61,508 nt of DNA from Kiritimatiellia bacterium (GCA_017563185.1 JAFXIL010000123.1:1-61508); one strand, 5' to 3'; counted from the stretch's first letter, positions 8,139 to 18,783 are shown. A program made the numbers and translations. The notes: generated by a model from the sequence alone, not told the origin.

Positions 8139-8816
8139 CTACCACTTCACGGGCGAGATGCCGTGGGCTACGAGATATTCATTGGCCATGCGAAAGTGGT
8201 TGCATCCGAAGAAGCCGCGCGCCGCCGAAAGCGGCGATGGGTGCGGCGACTCGAGAACGCAATGGCGCGTACGGTCGATCACGGCGCCCTTCTGCTGCGC
8301 GTAGGAGCCCCAGAGAAGGAACACTAGATTCGAGCGCCTGGCGGCAAGTGCCGCCACCGCCGCGTCGGTGAACCTCTCCCACCCGCGCCGCTGATGGCTT
8401 CCGGCGCGTCCCGCCTCGACGGTGAGAGTGGCGTTCAGCAGCAGCACGCCCTGGTCGGCCCAGGAAAGAAGATCGGGAATGCGAAGCGGCGCACCAAGCG
8501 CAGCCTCCTCTGGATACTCCGCGGCGAGCTCCTTCGCGATGTTGTAGAGCGAAGGAGGCGTGCGCACGCCCGGCGGCACGTAGAAGGCGAGCCCCTGCGC
8601 CTGGCCGGGCTCGTGATACGGATCCTGGCCAAGCACCACCACGCGCACCTTGTCGATCGGCGTGCGGTTGAACGCCTCGAAGATGAGGCGGCCGGGCGGA
8701 TAGACAGTTCCGCGCGCATACGCCGCGCGCACGAAGCGCACGAGCTCGGCGAAGTAAGGGCTGTCGAACTCGCCCTGCAGCGCCTCGCGCCACGAAGGCT
8801 CTATCTTCACTTCCAT
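8139..8816 (-). CDS. ung: Uracil-DNA glycosylase (family 1)
   Basis: GQDPYH, LLLNATLTV, HPSPLSA motifs. Confidence 0.97.
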   Translation of the reverse strand: MEVKIEPSWREALQGEFDSPYFAELVRFVRAAYARGTVYPPGRLIFEAFNRTPIDKVRVVVLGQDPYHEPGQAQGLAFYVPPGVRTPPSLYNIAKELAAEYPEEAALGAPLRIPDLLSWADQGVLLLNATLTVEAGRAGSHQRRGWERFTDAAVAALAARRSNLVFLLWGSYAQQKGAVIDRTRHCVLESPHPSPLSAARGFFGCNHFRMANEYLVAHGISPVKW

Positions 8817-8824
8817 GACTGCCC

Positions 8825-9979
8825 TCACAGACGAGTCCACACGCCGCCCGCCTTGGACGAGGCGACCACCGCGTCTATGAACCTTAGCCCGCGCACGCCG
8901 TCGCGCGCGTTCGGGAAGTCGAGCATCGATGGGGTGGGACGCTTACCTGCGTCCACCGCGCGTATCGCGTCGCAGAAGTTGAGGTAGTGGTTGGCGAAGC
9001 CCTCGATGTAGCCTTCGGGATGGCCGGCCGGCGGACGCGATGCGCGCATCGACGCCTCGCTCACCTCCGCCACGTACGGATTCGCCCGCTTCCACGTCTG
9101 CTCCGGCTCGCGCTGCGCCCGCAGTCGCAGCACATTGGGATCCTCCTGCATCCACACGAGCCCCTTCTTGTCGCCATACACCCTAAGCCGCAGGCCGTTC
9201 TCCTCGCCCGTCGCGATCTTCGACGCCGTCAATACGCCCTTCGCGCCGCCGGAGAGGCGCAGCAGCACGTTGCCGTCGTCGTCCAGACCCTTCGGCGCTA
9301 CGAAGGACGACAGGTCGGCCAGCACCTGCCTTATCTCAAGCCCCGTCACGAACTCCACGAGATTCGCGGCATGTATTCCGATGTCGCCCATGCAGCAGCT
9401 CTTGCCGGAGCACTTCGGATCCATCTTCCACTTGTTGCGCTTGTCGAGCGGCACCGAGAAGTCCATCTTGCGGAACGACCCCTGACAGTACTCGACAGTC
9501 ACCTTGCAGATCTTTCCAAGGTCCCCTCTCTTCACCAGGTCGCGCGCAAGCTTCACCATCGGATATCCGGTGTATGTGTGCATCAGTCCGAACACGCGCT
9601 TTGTGCGCTTCACGAGATCGGCTATCTCGTTCGCCTCCTCAACAGTCAGCGTCATGGGCTTCTCGCACATCACGTGGAACCCGGCCTCAAGAGATGCCTT
9701 GGCGATGGGGTAGTGGAGGTGATTGGGAGTGCAGACGGCGATGAAGTCGGCACGGTCGGCGAGCGCCGCCTCGCCCGCCACGAGAGCCTGCCATGTGGGG
9801 TAGGTGCGGTCTGGCGTGACGCCAATGCGCTCGGCGATCTCGGCGTTCTGCGAAGGGTCGCGGTTGAACATTCCCGCCACCACCTCAACGCCGCCGTCCA
9901 TTCTCACGGCCTCGCGGTGAATCTTGCCGATGAAGGCACCAACGCCACCACCGATCATTGCCATCTTTAACTTTTTCAT
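8825..9979 (-). CDS. Gfo/Idh/MocA family oxidoreductase
   Basis: MIGGG..AFIG.IH, TPNHLH, CEKP, DIGIHA, GHPEGY motifs. Confidence 0.92.
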   Translation of the reverse strand: MKKLKMAMIGGGVGAFIGKIHREAVRMDGGVEVVAGMFNRDPSQNAEIAERIGVTPDRTYPTWQALVAGEAALADRADFIAVCTPNHLHYPIAKASLEAGFHVMCEKPMTLTVEEANEIADLVKRTKRVFGLMHTYTGYPMVKLARDLVKRGDLGKICKVTVEYCQGSFRKMDFSVPLDKRNKWKMDPKCSGKSCCMGDIGIHAANLVEFVTGLEIRQVLADLSSFVAPKGLDDDGNVLLRLSGGAKGVLTASKIATGEENGLRLRVYGDKKGLVWMQEDPNVLRLRAQREPEQTWKRANPYVAEVSEASMRASRPPAGHPEGYIEGFANHYLNFCDAIRAVDAGKRPTPSMLDFPNARDGVRGLRFIDAVVASSKAGGVWTRL

Positions 9980-10038
9980 TGGATCCTCACGACAACAGGT
10001 AATAGGTAAAAGTGAATAGTGAATAGTTTTTTAGATTC

Positions 10039-10716
10039 TCAAACTCTCAACAGCTCGCTCAGGCGGTCCATAAGCCCGCACGCGAACGATTCGGGCGAAA
10101 GGGCTGCGGCCTCAGGCACGCCCATTCTGCCCGCGCAGTCACGGAACATCCGCGTAAGCACATATCGCGGCTCGAGGGCCACCACTCTTATTCCCTTCGG
10201 CGAGAGCTCGGCATCAAGCGCGCGAGCCGCCGCCGAAAGCGCGCCTTTCGCAGCGCAGTACGCCGTGCCGCCCGGCCAGCCTTCGCCTGCTGAGACGGAC
10301 GACACCGCCACCGCCGCCGCGCGCCGCGTGTGCGCGCCCTGCGCGGCGAACGCCTTCATCATCATCACGAAGCCAGTGCAGCCAACGCGAATCGTCTCCT
10401 CGAAGAACGAGCCCCCTAGCAGCGCGAGCGGCTTCACCGGACAAGTCCCCACGGCGTACACCACCGCGTTTAACGGACCCTCCGCCGTGAAGATGCGCAT
10501 CAGGTCAAGCTCCAGCGAATCCGCGTTCGCAAAATCGACCACAGCAGTCTTGTGAAGTTCAGGCTGCGGCAGGGCGGCTCTCACCGCCTCCACCGCAGCC
10601 CAGTCGCGTGCAACAAGCACGCATTCATATCCACGACGCGCGGCCTCGGCGGCCACGGCGCGGCCGATGCCGCCCGTGGCCCCTGCGATAAGAATCTTCT
10701 CGCCGCGCGCCGTCAC
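10039..10716 (-). CDS. SDR family oxidoreductase
   Basis: AGATGGIG, VSS, YCAAK catalytic motif. Confidence 0.88.
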   Translation of the reverse strand: MTARGEKILIAGATGGIGRAVAAEAARRGYECVLVARDWAAVEAVRAALPQPELHKTAVVDFANADSLELDLMRIFTAEGPLNAVVYAVGTCPVKPLALLGGSFFEETIRVGCTGFVMMMKAFAAQGAHTRRAAAVAVSSVSAGEGWPGGTAYCAAKGALSAAARALDAELSPKGIRVVALEPRYVLTRMFRDCAGRMGVPEAAALSPESFACGLMDRLSELLRV

Positions 10717-10728
10717 CGCAGAGCGGCC

Positions 10729-12573
10729 TCACTCGTCATCGTCGTCGTCATCGCCGGCGCTGCCAAGAGCAGTAACCACCGCGCCGAACGTCTTGATCTC
10801 GTCGGCCGTGAGGCGCATGGCGAACTTCAGCGCGCCGTCCTTGCGCACCCACGTGGCGCCCGCGAACGCTCCGCCAGGAGCAGCCGGAGGAAGCGCGGCC
10901 AGGATGGCGTTGTACTGCTGCCTCTCCTCGGGCGACGTGAACTTCAGGTAGATGGGCATGCCGACGTCACGCACGAGGGCGTAGGGCGTGGTGTAGAAGT
11001 AGCCCAGCACAGCGGCCTTGTCGGCTTCGGGCACTGCGGCGAACAGGCGCTGCGCGCCCTGACCGGCGGGAGCGGGGGCGATGGAAACGCCAGGCGCGGC
11101 GAGCTTCGCACACCCGCTCTTCGGACCGTTCTGGAACGAGAATTCGGTCACCGTGCCGCCGAGCACCTTCGCGATGGCGTCCTTGACCTCTGCGATCTCC
11201 TTGGGATCCGTCTTGCTCTTGCCTTCGGAGCAGGCGTCGCTCTCCTTTGCCGCGAGATCGACGAGACGCGCCCAGTCGAACGCGTACTTGCCGTCGGCGA
11301 GCTTTCTGAGGATGCCGTTCGCCGGCCACTGGCGCTCGAGGATCGCGATTATGCGATCAAGGAACTTGCCAGGAGCGGCAATGACGGCCGGCGGAATCTG
11401 CGAGCATTCGCCCTTCACAAGCACGGCGGGACGCTTCTGCGCGTCGAACGCGAAGGCAGTCGAACCCCAGTCCTGTGGACCCACCTTGACACCGTCCAAG
11501 GACTTGTACAAGTCGATCAGGGCAACCAGCAGATCGTCGAGCGTCTGCTTGTACTTGGCGAGACGTTCATCCTTGTTGTCCTTCAGGAGCGTGCGCAGCG
11601 TGCCGAAGAGGTCGGTGACCATCTTAGTGTAGTCGCCAATCTCCTTGCCCTGCAGCTGAGCGAGCGAGTTCTGCACAATCGTGAGACCCGCGCCGGCGGG
11701 AATCTCGTCGAACGCCTTGCCGGTAATGGCCGCGCCGGCGGGAACGAACAGCGCCGCGCCCTTGCGGAGGCTCGCGCCACCCCAGAGGGCGAGGCCCTTG
11801 TCGTCGAAGCCCAGCGCCACCTTCAGGCTACCGATGGAACGCAGAACATCGAACTGATTCTTGCGAATGGCCTGAATTGAGGCGAGGGTCTTGGCAAGGC
11901 CGGCGTCCATCTCGGCGGACTGCAGCTGCTTCTCCTGAGCGGCCTGGGCCTTGTCGACAATCGTGGCGATCGCGTTGACGCCGCGCCCGTTCACGAAAAC
12001 GCGCGTGAGCGCGGGCTTGGGCGACTTGAGCCAGTCCTTGGCCCTGGCCACGTCGCCGGCGGCGCGCAGCGCGATGGCGGTGCTCTTCGCGAACGCGCAG
12101 TACCTGCCGTCATCGGTGAACCTGGCGTACTTGTAGGTCTTCTTCTTGCCGGAGAGCATGATAACGCCGGATGCGCTCTTCACCGCGCCGGTGTTGACGG
12201 CCATGAATGCGCTTTCGCCGCCTGCGACGGGATAGAGCAGAGCGCCGTCGGCGATGTCGTCCAGGTCGTTCTTCCTCCCGGCCGCGAAGTCGAGCGCGGC
12301 CACCTTCGCCGTGTCAAGGTACACAAGCGCGTAGACGGGCTGAGCGCCGTCTATCGGACCATAGTCCTTGGCAAGCGCCTGCTGGGCGGCCGCCATTGCC
12401 ATGACAGGCATCATAGGCTGGTTGAACATCGTGCCGACTGCTGTCGCGGTCTGCGTGATCTCGCTGAAGGGAGCGATATACGCCGCCGCAACGAGATGCT
12501 GTTTTGGGGCGGCCTCTGCGGCCACCAGCCCGGTGGCCACGGCCATCCAGGCTATCATCATCAGTCTCTTCAT
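10729..12573 (-). CDS. Hypothetical secreted protein, acidic C-terminal tail
   Basis: Signal peptide MKRLMMIAWMAVATGLVAA; RBS AAGGA; host-like codon usage. Confidence 0.75.
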   Translation of the reverse strand: MKRLMMIAWMAVATGLVAAEAAPKQHLVAAAYIAPFSEITQTATAVGTMFNQPMMPVMAMAAAQQALAKDYGPIDGAQPVYALVYLDTAKVAALDFAAGRKNDLDDIADGALLYPVAGGESAFMAVNTGAVKSASGVIMLSGKKKTYKYARFTDDGRYCAFAKSTAIALRAAGDVARAKDWLKSPKPALTRVFVNGRGVNAIATIVDKAQAAQEKQLQSAEMDAGLAKTLASIQAIRKNQFDVLRSIGSLKVALGFDDKGLALWGGASLRKGAALFVPAGAAITGKAFDEIPAGAGLTIVQNSLAQLQGKEIGDYTKMVTDLFGTLRTLLKDNKDERLAKYKQTLDDLLVALIDLYKSLDGVKVGPQDWGSTAFAFDAQKRPAVLVKGECSQIPPAVIAAPGKFLDRIIAILERQWPANGILRKLADGKYAFDWARLVDLAAKESDACSEGKSKTDPKEIAEVKDAIAKVLGGTVTEFSFQNGPKSGCAKLAAPGVSIAPAPAGQGAQRLFAAVPEADKAAVLGYFYTTPYALVRDVGMPIYLKFTSPEERQQYNAILAALPPAAPGGAFAGATWVRKDGALKFAMRLTADEIKTFGAVVTALGSAGDDDDDDE

Positions 12574-12707
12574 CTTGAATTCCTTTTTGTTTGTTGTTTT
12601 TGGGGTAAAACTCTTTGCTTTCCGTAGTGGCCTCCCGTCAGGGAGGATGCTGTAAAGAATATCAAACCTGCGTTAAGCGTCTGTTAAAGAACTTCAGAAG
12701 GCTGCTC

Positions 12708-14291
12708 CTACTTTGCGTACTCCACGCACCTCAGCTCGCGCACAACCGTCACACGGATCATGCCGGGGAACTTCAGCTGCGCGGAGATGTCGCGGCATAT
12801 CTCGCCGGCGAGCTCCGCGGCGGCCTTGTCGCCAACCGCGTCGGGATCCACCATCACCCGCAGATCGCGTCCGGCCTGGACGGCGAATGCGTTGGCCACG
12901 CCAGGATGCGACTTCGCGATCTTCTCGAGATTCTCTAGGCGCTGGATGTAGTCGGCGGCCTTTTCCTGGCGTGCGCCAGGCCGCGCGCTCGAAATCGCAT
13001 CCGCCGCCGCGCAGATCACGCCGTACACTCCGCCGTCCACGCCCGCTTCGGAATGGTGCGCCGCCACGGCCGCGCAGACTCGTGCGTCTTCGCCGTGCGC
13101 CGCGAGGAACTCTGCGCCAAGAGCGGCGTGTGCGCCCTTCTTCTCCGCGGTGATGGCCTTGCCGATGTCGTGCAGGAACCCAACGCGCCGCGCAAGCGAG
13201 CCATCGAGCTTCATCTCCGCCGCGATGGTGCCAGAGAGAATCGCCACCTCCACCGAATGGCGCAGCACGTTCTGCGAGAACGACGTGCGGAAGCGCAGTT
13301 CGCCCATGAGGCGCAGCACCTCCGCAGGAAGGCCCGACACGCCCGCCTCCGCCGCGGCCTCCGCGCCGCATTCCTCGTTTTCCTTCTCCACGTTCTCACG
13401 TGCGGTCTCAACTGCGTGCTCGATGGAGGCGGGATGTATGCGCCCGTCGGCCACGAGCGCCTCGAGCGCGCGGCGCGCCACTTCGCGCCTGTGGGGGTCG
13501 AACGCGGAAAGCACCACCGCGTCGGGCGCGTCGTCCAGAAGCAGCGTCACGCCCGTCGCCGATTCGAACGCACGCACGTTGCGCCCGTCCCTGCCCACGA
13601 TGCGCCCCTTCATCTCGGCGCTCGGCATCAGCACCGCGGTTGTCGAAAGCTCGTTCACGTGGGCCACCGCGCAGCGCTGCACCGCCTCCGCCACGATCTT
13701 CGCGGCTATCGCCTCGCCCTGCTCGCGCGCGGCCTCCTGGATGCGGCGGCTGAGAATCGCCGCGTCGGCGCGCAGCTCCGCATTGGCGCGTGAGAGAATC
13801 TCGCGCCTCGCCTCGGCGTGCGTCATGCGCGAGAGCTCCTGCAGGCGGCGATCCGCGGCGATGTTCTTCTCCTCCGCCTCGCGGAGGCCCTTCGCGGCCT
13901 CGGCGCTCTTTGCGGCGGCCGCGGTCTCGCGCTCGTCGAGCGTAGCGGCCTTGCGGTCGAGATTCGCCTCGCGCTGCGTCTGGCGGTCTTCGATCGCCTG
14001 CAGCTCGGCGCGGCGCTTCTTTGTGGAGGCCTCGAACTCCTCGCGCACCTTCACCACCGTCGCGCGCGCCGCGATGTCGGCCTCCTTCAGGCGGGCCTTG
14101 ATCTCGGCCTCGGCCTCTTCGTCGCGAAGGCGCATCTTCTTCTCTATCGACTCCGCCTGCCAGCGGCCCACGAGACCGCGCAGAGCGTAGCCCAGCAGCA
14201 GGCCAAGGAGCAGCAGCACCGCGATGATGAGAATCGCGACGCCGTCAGAAAGGCCGTCCCACGTACTGCTGGATAGAGCGAAGAAGAGCAT
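12708..14291 (-). CDS. rny: Ribonuclease Y
   Basis: N-terminal TM, coiled coil, KH (KGRIVGRDGRN), HD domain (HSVEVA...LHDIGK), ADAISSARPGAR. Confidence 0.96.
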   Translation of the reverse strand: MLFFALSSSTWDGLSDGVAILIIAVLLLLGLLLGYALRGLVGRWQAESIEKKMRLRDEEAEAEIKARLKEADIAARATVVKVREEFEASTKKRRAELQAIEDRQTQREANLDRKAATLDERETAAAAKSAEAAKGLREAEEKNIAADRRLQELSRMTHAEARREILSRANAELRADAAILSRRIQEAAREQGEAIAAKIVAEAVQRCAVAHVNELSTTAVLMPSAEMKGRIVGRDGRNVRAFESATGVTLLLDDAPDAVVLSAFDPHRREVARRALEALVADGRIHPASIEHAVETARENVEKENEECGAEAAAEAGVSGLPAEVLRLMGELRFRTSFSQNVLRHSVEVAILSGTIAAEMKLDGSLARRVGFLHDIGKAITAEKKGAHAALGAEFLAAHGEDARVCAAVAAHHSEAGVDGGVYGVICAAADAISSARPGARQEKAADYIQRLENLEKIAKSHPGVANAFAVQAGRDLRVMVDPDAVGDKAAAELAGEICRDISAQLKFPGMIRVTVVRELRCVEYAK

Positions 14292-14297
14292 GGCAGC

Positions 14298-15458
14298 CTA
14301 CGCTTCGCCTTTCCCCGCCTTGGGCGGCGGAGCTATGGATTTGAGGAGGAGTCCGAAAAGATAGGTGCGCTCGGCCGGCGGAAGCGCGTCGAAACCGTCA
14401 AGATGCGAACGCATCTCGGCCACGCCCTCGTCGAAGCGCGCGCGCGCGGGCGACGCGTCGTCCGCCGCGAAGGGATAGCTCTTCTCGGCGATCCACTTGG
14501 CGAGGCGCTCGGCGGCGGCGGACTCCGCGCGCTGGCGGAAGTGCTCCTTGAGAATGCGCCGCACCGCGTCCAGCCACGATCGCACCTCCGGGTGCAGCTC
14601 GTCCATCACGAGCGCGTTCTCGGCGGCAAGCTCGTCGAAGCGAGCACCAACGAGGTAGGCCGTGTAGCTGAAGGGCAGCCCGCTGCGCACTCCGGACGGC
14701 CTTTCGTGCAGCGTGAAGCCGTCGCGCCCGCAGAAGACGATGCGCCCCTTCCCCGAGAACTTGCGCCGCCACTCGATCACCTCTAGCTTCGCCTCTACGC
14801 CCGAGTCGATGCGCACCATGTACGGAGTCGAGACGCGCTGCACCACGACGGGCGAAACGGGGATTCCGCAGAACCACACCCGCACACCGGGATACGCCTT
14901 GAGATAGAGGGCGAACTTCGAGGCGAGCGTCTGCACCACGTGCTCGGCGTTCGTGAGAACGTCCACCGCCGCGCGCACCCCGGTGACGTACACCTCAGTG
15001 CCGGTGGCTGGGCCGGCGGACGCGTTCTCCAGATGGAACACTCCTGGATTGTCGGCGTCGCCAGATATCGTGTAGGAAAGCAGCTCGCCGCCGGCGTTCA
15101 TCGTGGTGCGCCACTCGACGTGCGAACCAAGCGCGAACGCCTTGAACCGGCCGCGTCCGTGGCGGCCGTGGAGACGGCGGTGCGCGGTTGGCGTGGTGCC
15201 TCCACCCGCCATCTTCCAGCTGCCGCCTAGCGAACCGAACGTCTCCTCAAGGCGCAGAATGTCGATGCCGGTACCATCGTCGGACACGCGCACAGCCTCC
15301 ACGCCGCCAAGAGGGTTCTGCACAACGTCCACCTTGACCTCGCGCGCGTCGGCGTCAAGAGCATTCCACACAAGCTCCTCAACTGCGGAAAGCGGCGAGG
15401 CGCTCGAGAGAGAAGCCACATGGTCGGCACGGGCCTGAACGTAGATGTCTTTTGTCAT
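14298..15458 (-). CDS. GHKL (HATPase_c_3 / MORC-like) ATP-binding protein
   Basis: EELVWNALDA (N-box), SDDGTG (G1), HGRHGRGRFKAF (G2), GTEV. Confidence 0.85.
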   Translation of the reverse strand: MTKDIYVQARADHVASLSSASPLSAVEELVWNALDADAREVKVDVVQNPLGGVEAVRVSDDGTGIDILRLEETFGSLGGSWKMAGGGTTPTAHRRLHGRHGRGRFKAFALGSHVEWRTTMNAGGELLSYTISGDADNPGVFHLENASAGPATGTEVYVTGVRAAVDVLTNAEHVVQTLASKFALYLKAYPGVRVWFCGIPVSPVVVQRVSTPYMVRIDSGVEAKLEVIEWRRKFSGKGRIVFCGRDGFTLHERPSGVRSGLPFSYTAYLVGARFDELAAENALVMDELHPEVRSWLDAVRRILKEHFRQRAESAAAERLAKWIAEKSYPFAADDASPARARFDEGVAEMRSHLDGFDALPPAERTYLFGLLLKSIAPPPKAGKGEA

Positions 15459-15614
15459 AAAATCAGAATATACCGCTAGGTTTGAACTATGATTATATCA
15501 AAATACCCTTCCTGCTGACAAATGTGAAAGTGTAAAAGTTTCATGACTAGGTTTCGGGTTTCTGGTTTCTAGTTTCGGGTTTCTGGCTTCTATTGTGCTG
15601 GAAGCATATAATGG

Positions 15615-15887
15615 GTACTGCGGCACGTTGACGTCGGTAACCACCACGTTGCTCTGGTTGAGCTCGTGCTCGAGGAACTTCATCGGCCTGTCGGAGACCT
15701 TGAACGGTATCTTGCCTTCGGGCCATATCTTGACGTCGCGCGACACATCGTGGCGCCATAGCTTCTCGGTGAGGGCTGCGCGCTTCTCGGGCGTGGAGGC
15801 GTCGGCGCCCCACGGCGCGGGATATGGACGCTGGGCGTTGGCGGCGATGCAAGCGGCGCATGCGCACACAAGGACTTTCGTTTTCAT
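15615..15887 (-). pseudogene. Truncated secreted alpha/beta-hydrolase-like N-terminal fragment
   Basis: Signal peptide plus IWPEGKIP...VTDVNVP, typical of esterase N-termini; then runs into heptamer-repeat DNA with no catalytic core. Confidence 0.5.
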
Positions 15888-16029
15888 GGCATTTACCTTT
15901 CCCTAGCTGTCAATTTAGAGTTCAGAGTTCAGAGTTTAAAGTTTAATGACAAAGGATGGTGGATGTTGAACGCAAAGCGCCTTCCAGACCAGCCCTCTGT
16001 CTCTTGTCTTCTGCCCCCGAAACTCCCCC

Positions 16030-16136
16030 ACCTTCACACCTTCAAACCCTCAAACCTTCAAACCCTCACACCTTCAAACCCTCACACCTTCAAACTTTCA
16101 AACTTTCAAACCTTCGAACCTTCGAACCTTCAACCA
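16030..16136. repeat. Degenerate tandem octamer array (CCTTCAAA-like, about 13 units)
   Basis: ccttcaca/ccttcaaa/ccctcaaa/ctttcaaa/ccttcgaa units directly visible. Confidence 0.9.
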
Positions 16137-16138
16137 TC

Positions 16139-18559
16139 CTACTGGGGCAGCATTTCAGGCTCTTTCTGCTGTTCATCCTGCGGCTTGCTCGCCGCTTCCT
16201 TTGCTTCCTGCATCTTCTCATGAATGGCCATGATGGTCTTGCGCACGGCCTGCGACTTGGGCAGCGCGCGCGCGGCGAGCATCGCGTTCGTCTCGGCCTC
16301 GTTGTACTTGCCCTGGCGCATGAGGGCGATTGCGAGGTTGTTCAGCGCGGCGGCCTCTTCGGGATTCTTCTCGAGGCTTCTCTTGAGATACTCCTCGGCC
16401 CGTGCGTACTGCTCTTCCACGAAATAGCCCATTCCGATGGCGAAGTTTGCAGCCGAATTCTGCGGATCGCTTGCCAGCACCTGCTGCGCGTATGTTCGCG
16501 CGAGGCGGAAGTCGGCGCGGTCGAGGCCGATCTTCAGACCCTCGCGAAGCGTGAGGCGCGCGCCGCGCTGCATTCCCACCCAGTCCATCTGCCGCTTGAG
16601 ACGGTTGTAGGCATCGTTGCGGGCGTCGAGGCTGTTTGCGAGAGTGGTCTCGGCCATCGCCTCGGCCTTGCGCCCCGCAATGTCAGCCGCGTCGGCGCGC
16701 ATTCTGCACATCCGCGCAAGGCGCCACTGCATGAAGAGGAAGCGCTGCCTAAGGCCGACGTCGTCGGTGGACATCGGCTCGCCATCATCGTAGAGCTCCA
16801 CTATCCGGTGCGCGAGGTTGGTGGCCGCCGTCACGCCGCGCGCGATGACGTCCTTCGCGATGTCGGCAGAGGGGTAGGCCACGAAGCCGCCGCAGACGGG
16901 CATGGGCAGCTTGTCGTGGCGCCACAGCTCGAAGCCGAGCTGGATGGCGCAGTCCTTCATCCGCTGCGGCTTGTGGCGTACCCACGTGCGCATGGCGTCG
17001 GCGGCTCCGCTCGCGAGAGCAAGGCCGTCCTCCTCGTCCATGGCGCCGCGCGTGCGCAGAAAGACGTCGCGCGGAGCGCTGCCGGACATCATCGAGAGCG
17101 TTCGGAGCGTGCGTCCCTGCATGAACGCCGCAAGCTCCATTCCCGCGTCGAGCGCGCCGTCAGTGAACAGCGTCTTCACATTCGAGCACTCCTGCGCCGT
17201 GAACCGCAGGTACTCGTCGAGCATCTCCTTCATCTGGTGCTCCGTGGGCTTCATCCGCATGGGCAGCACGAGCGCGAAGACGAGAATCGGCTCGCAGCGC
17301 ACAAGCAGACGGCGCAGACGGTTGACCTTCTGGAACGATTCCACCACCGGATCCGCCGCGGCGTCTTCCTCCACGGCGTCCTGAAACCGCGTGACCGCGA
17401 TCTTCCTGAAGTTGCGGAAGTACACCTCAACGCCCAGCACGCAGAGCGATAGCGAGAGCGTTATGGCGCTAAGCACGGACGAGATGCAGAGAAGGTACGG
17501 CGAGCTCACGTTCTGCGGCGTCGTCCAGGCCCAGAACCAGAACACGCGCCAACCCGCGAGCTGCAGAAACGCGACGGCGCCCACGAAGACGTAGAATATG
17601 CCGGACGTGAGCGGCATGAACTGGTCGTCGTCCGTCGCCTTGCGCAGCAGCGAAGCAGCCAGGACGAGCGGCAGCAGGGCAAACACAACGAGAAACACCC
17701 ATCCCATCACGGACGCCGCCGTGGCGAAGAGCTGCACGTAGCGCGCCACCACATGGAGGACGTACTCGAATCCGTTCCACGCCTGCGCCTCGAGCCCGTC
17801 ATGCGCGCAGAAGAACACCACATTAAGCGCCACGGCCGGCAGGAACCCGCAGAAGAACGAATACGTTATGCGGCGCACCACCATCGTGCGAACGAATGGA
17901 TTGATCAGGGGGTCGGGATCGCCCGGCACTGAGGTGCGCCCGCCCTTCCAGCATCCATAGACGATGAGGCCGATTGGCAACACGATTCCCACAGGCGTCT
18001 CGGCCGCCAGCACGCCCAGCATAGCGGCGGCGGCGTAGAGATGGCGCATGACCTTCAGGCGGAACGCGCGCACGCACAAGGCCGCCGCCGCCACGGTGAT
18101 GATGAACTGCAACGTGGCCGGCGAGAAGAACCGGCATGTGTTCCACACTGGCTCGGAGCATGCGAAGCACACCGCCCCCTGGGCGAGCACGATGCGCACG
18201 ATGAAGCGGCTCCAGCCTGCCAGCTGCATCCGACCTCGCAGGACGGCCGGCACAAGCTCGTATAGGAGGATGAACCCCACGCCCGTGGCAATGCCGAGGG
18301 CGATCGGACCCGCAACGCGAAGAAACGCGAGACCGGCGTTCACGCCGATAGATCCGAATATCCCCTGCACCATCGCGTGCCATACGCATGGAAACGGAGC
18401 AGTGGGTGGACGCAGCCCCGCCGCCACGGAGATTTCCTCCCACATGTCGGACGGCGTTCCCGCGTCGCCCCACCACCATGCTAGCACCGACATCAAGACG
18501 CCTAGCATGACTGCCCACATGAAATCACTCCACGTAAGCTTCTCGCGCTCATTCGTCAT
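16139..18559 (-). CDS. Multi-pass membrane protein with C-terminal TPR domain
   Basis: Many hydrophobic segments; AANFAIGMGY...AALNNLAIAL TPR motifs; RBS AAAGGA before MTNER. Confidence 0.8.
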   Translation of the reverse strand: MTNEREKLTWSDFMWAVMLGVLMSVLAWWWGDAGTPSDMWEEISVAAGLRPPTAPFPCVWHAMVQGIFGSIGVNAGLAFLRVAGPIALGIATGVGFILLYELVPAVLRGRMQLAGWSRFIVRIVLAQGAVCFACSEPVWNTCRFFSPATLQFIITVAAAALCVRAFRLKVMRHLYAAAAMLGVLAAETPVGIVLPIGLIVYGCWKGGRTSVPGDPDPLINPFVRTMVVRRITYSFFCGFLPAVALNVVFFCAHDGLEAQAWNGFEYVLHVVARYVQLFATAASVMGWVFLVVFALLPLVLAASLLRKATDDDQFMPLTSGIFYVFVGAVAFLQLAGWRVFWFWAWTTPQNVSSPYLLCISSVLSAITLSLSLCVLGVEVYFRNFRKIAVTRFQDAVEEDAAADPVVESFQKVNRLRRLLVRCEPILVFALVLPMRMKPTEHQMKEMLDEYLRFTAQECSNVKTLFTDGALDAGMELAAFMQGRTLRTLSMMSGSAPRDVFLRTRGAMDEEDGLALASGAADAMRTWVRHKPQRMKDCAIQLGFELWRHDKLPMPVCGGFVAYPSADIAKDVIARGVTAATNLAHRIVELYDDGEPMSTDDVGLRQRFLFMQWRLARMCRMRADAADIAGRKAEAMAETTLANSLDARNDAYNRLKRQMDWVGMQRGARLTLREGLKIGLDRADFRLARTYAQQVLASDPQNSAANFAIGMGYFVEEQYARAEEYLKRSLEKNPEEAAALNNLAIALMRQGKYNEAETNAMLAARALPKSQAVRKTIMAIHEKMQEAKEAASKPQDEQQKEPEMLPQ

Positions 18560-18783
18560 GCAGTAAAATTCCTTTCTACTTCTTTCTGGCACGGCATAGA
18601 CATCTCACCTTGCCTTCCCATCCGCAATGCATCCTTGCGCCTCACCATAGCGCGCACTAGAACGCCCTGCGCTTACAATTATATCAAAGAATCCCGCCTG
18701 AAGCACGTTCAAGTTGTTCGTGGTTCGTGATCCGCGGTTCACGGGGGCTTGCGCCTTCAGACGGCATTTGGTATTCTATCGGC

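Noticed and set aside
12574-12707. 6S RNA or riboswitch near rny
   Set aside because: Only a 6-bp hairpin (CCTCCC/GGGAGG) is present, and the upstream gap is 6 bp.
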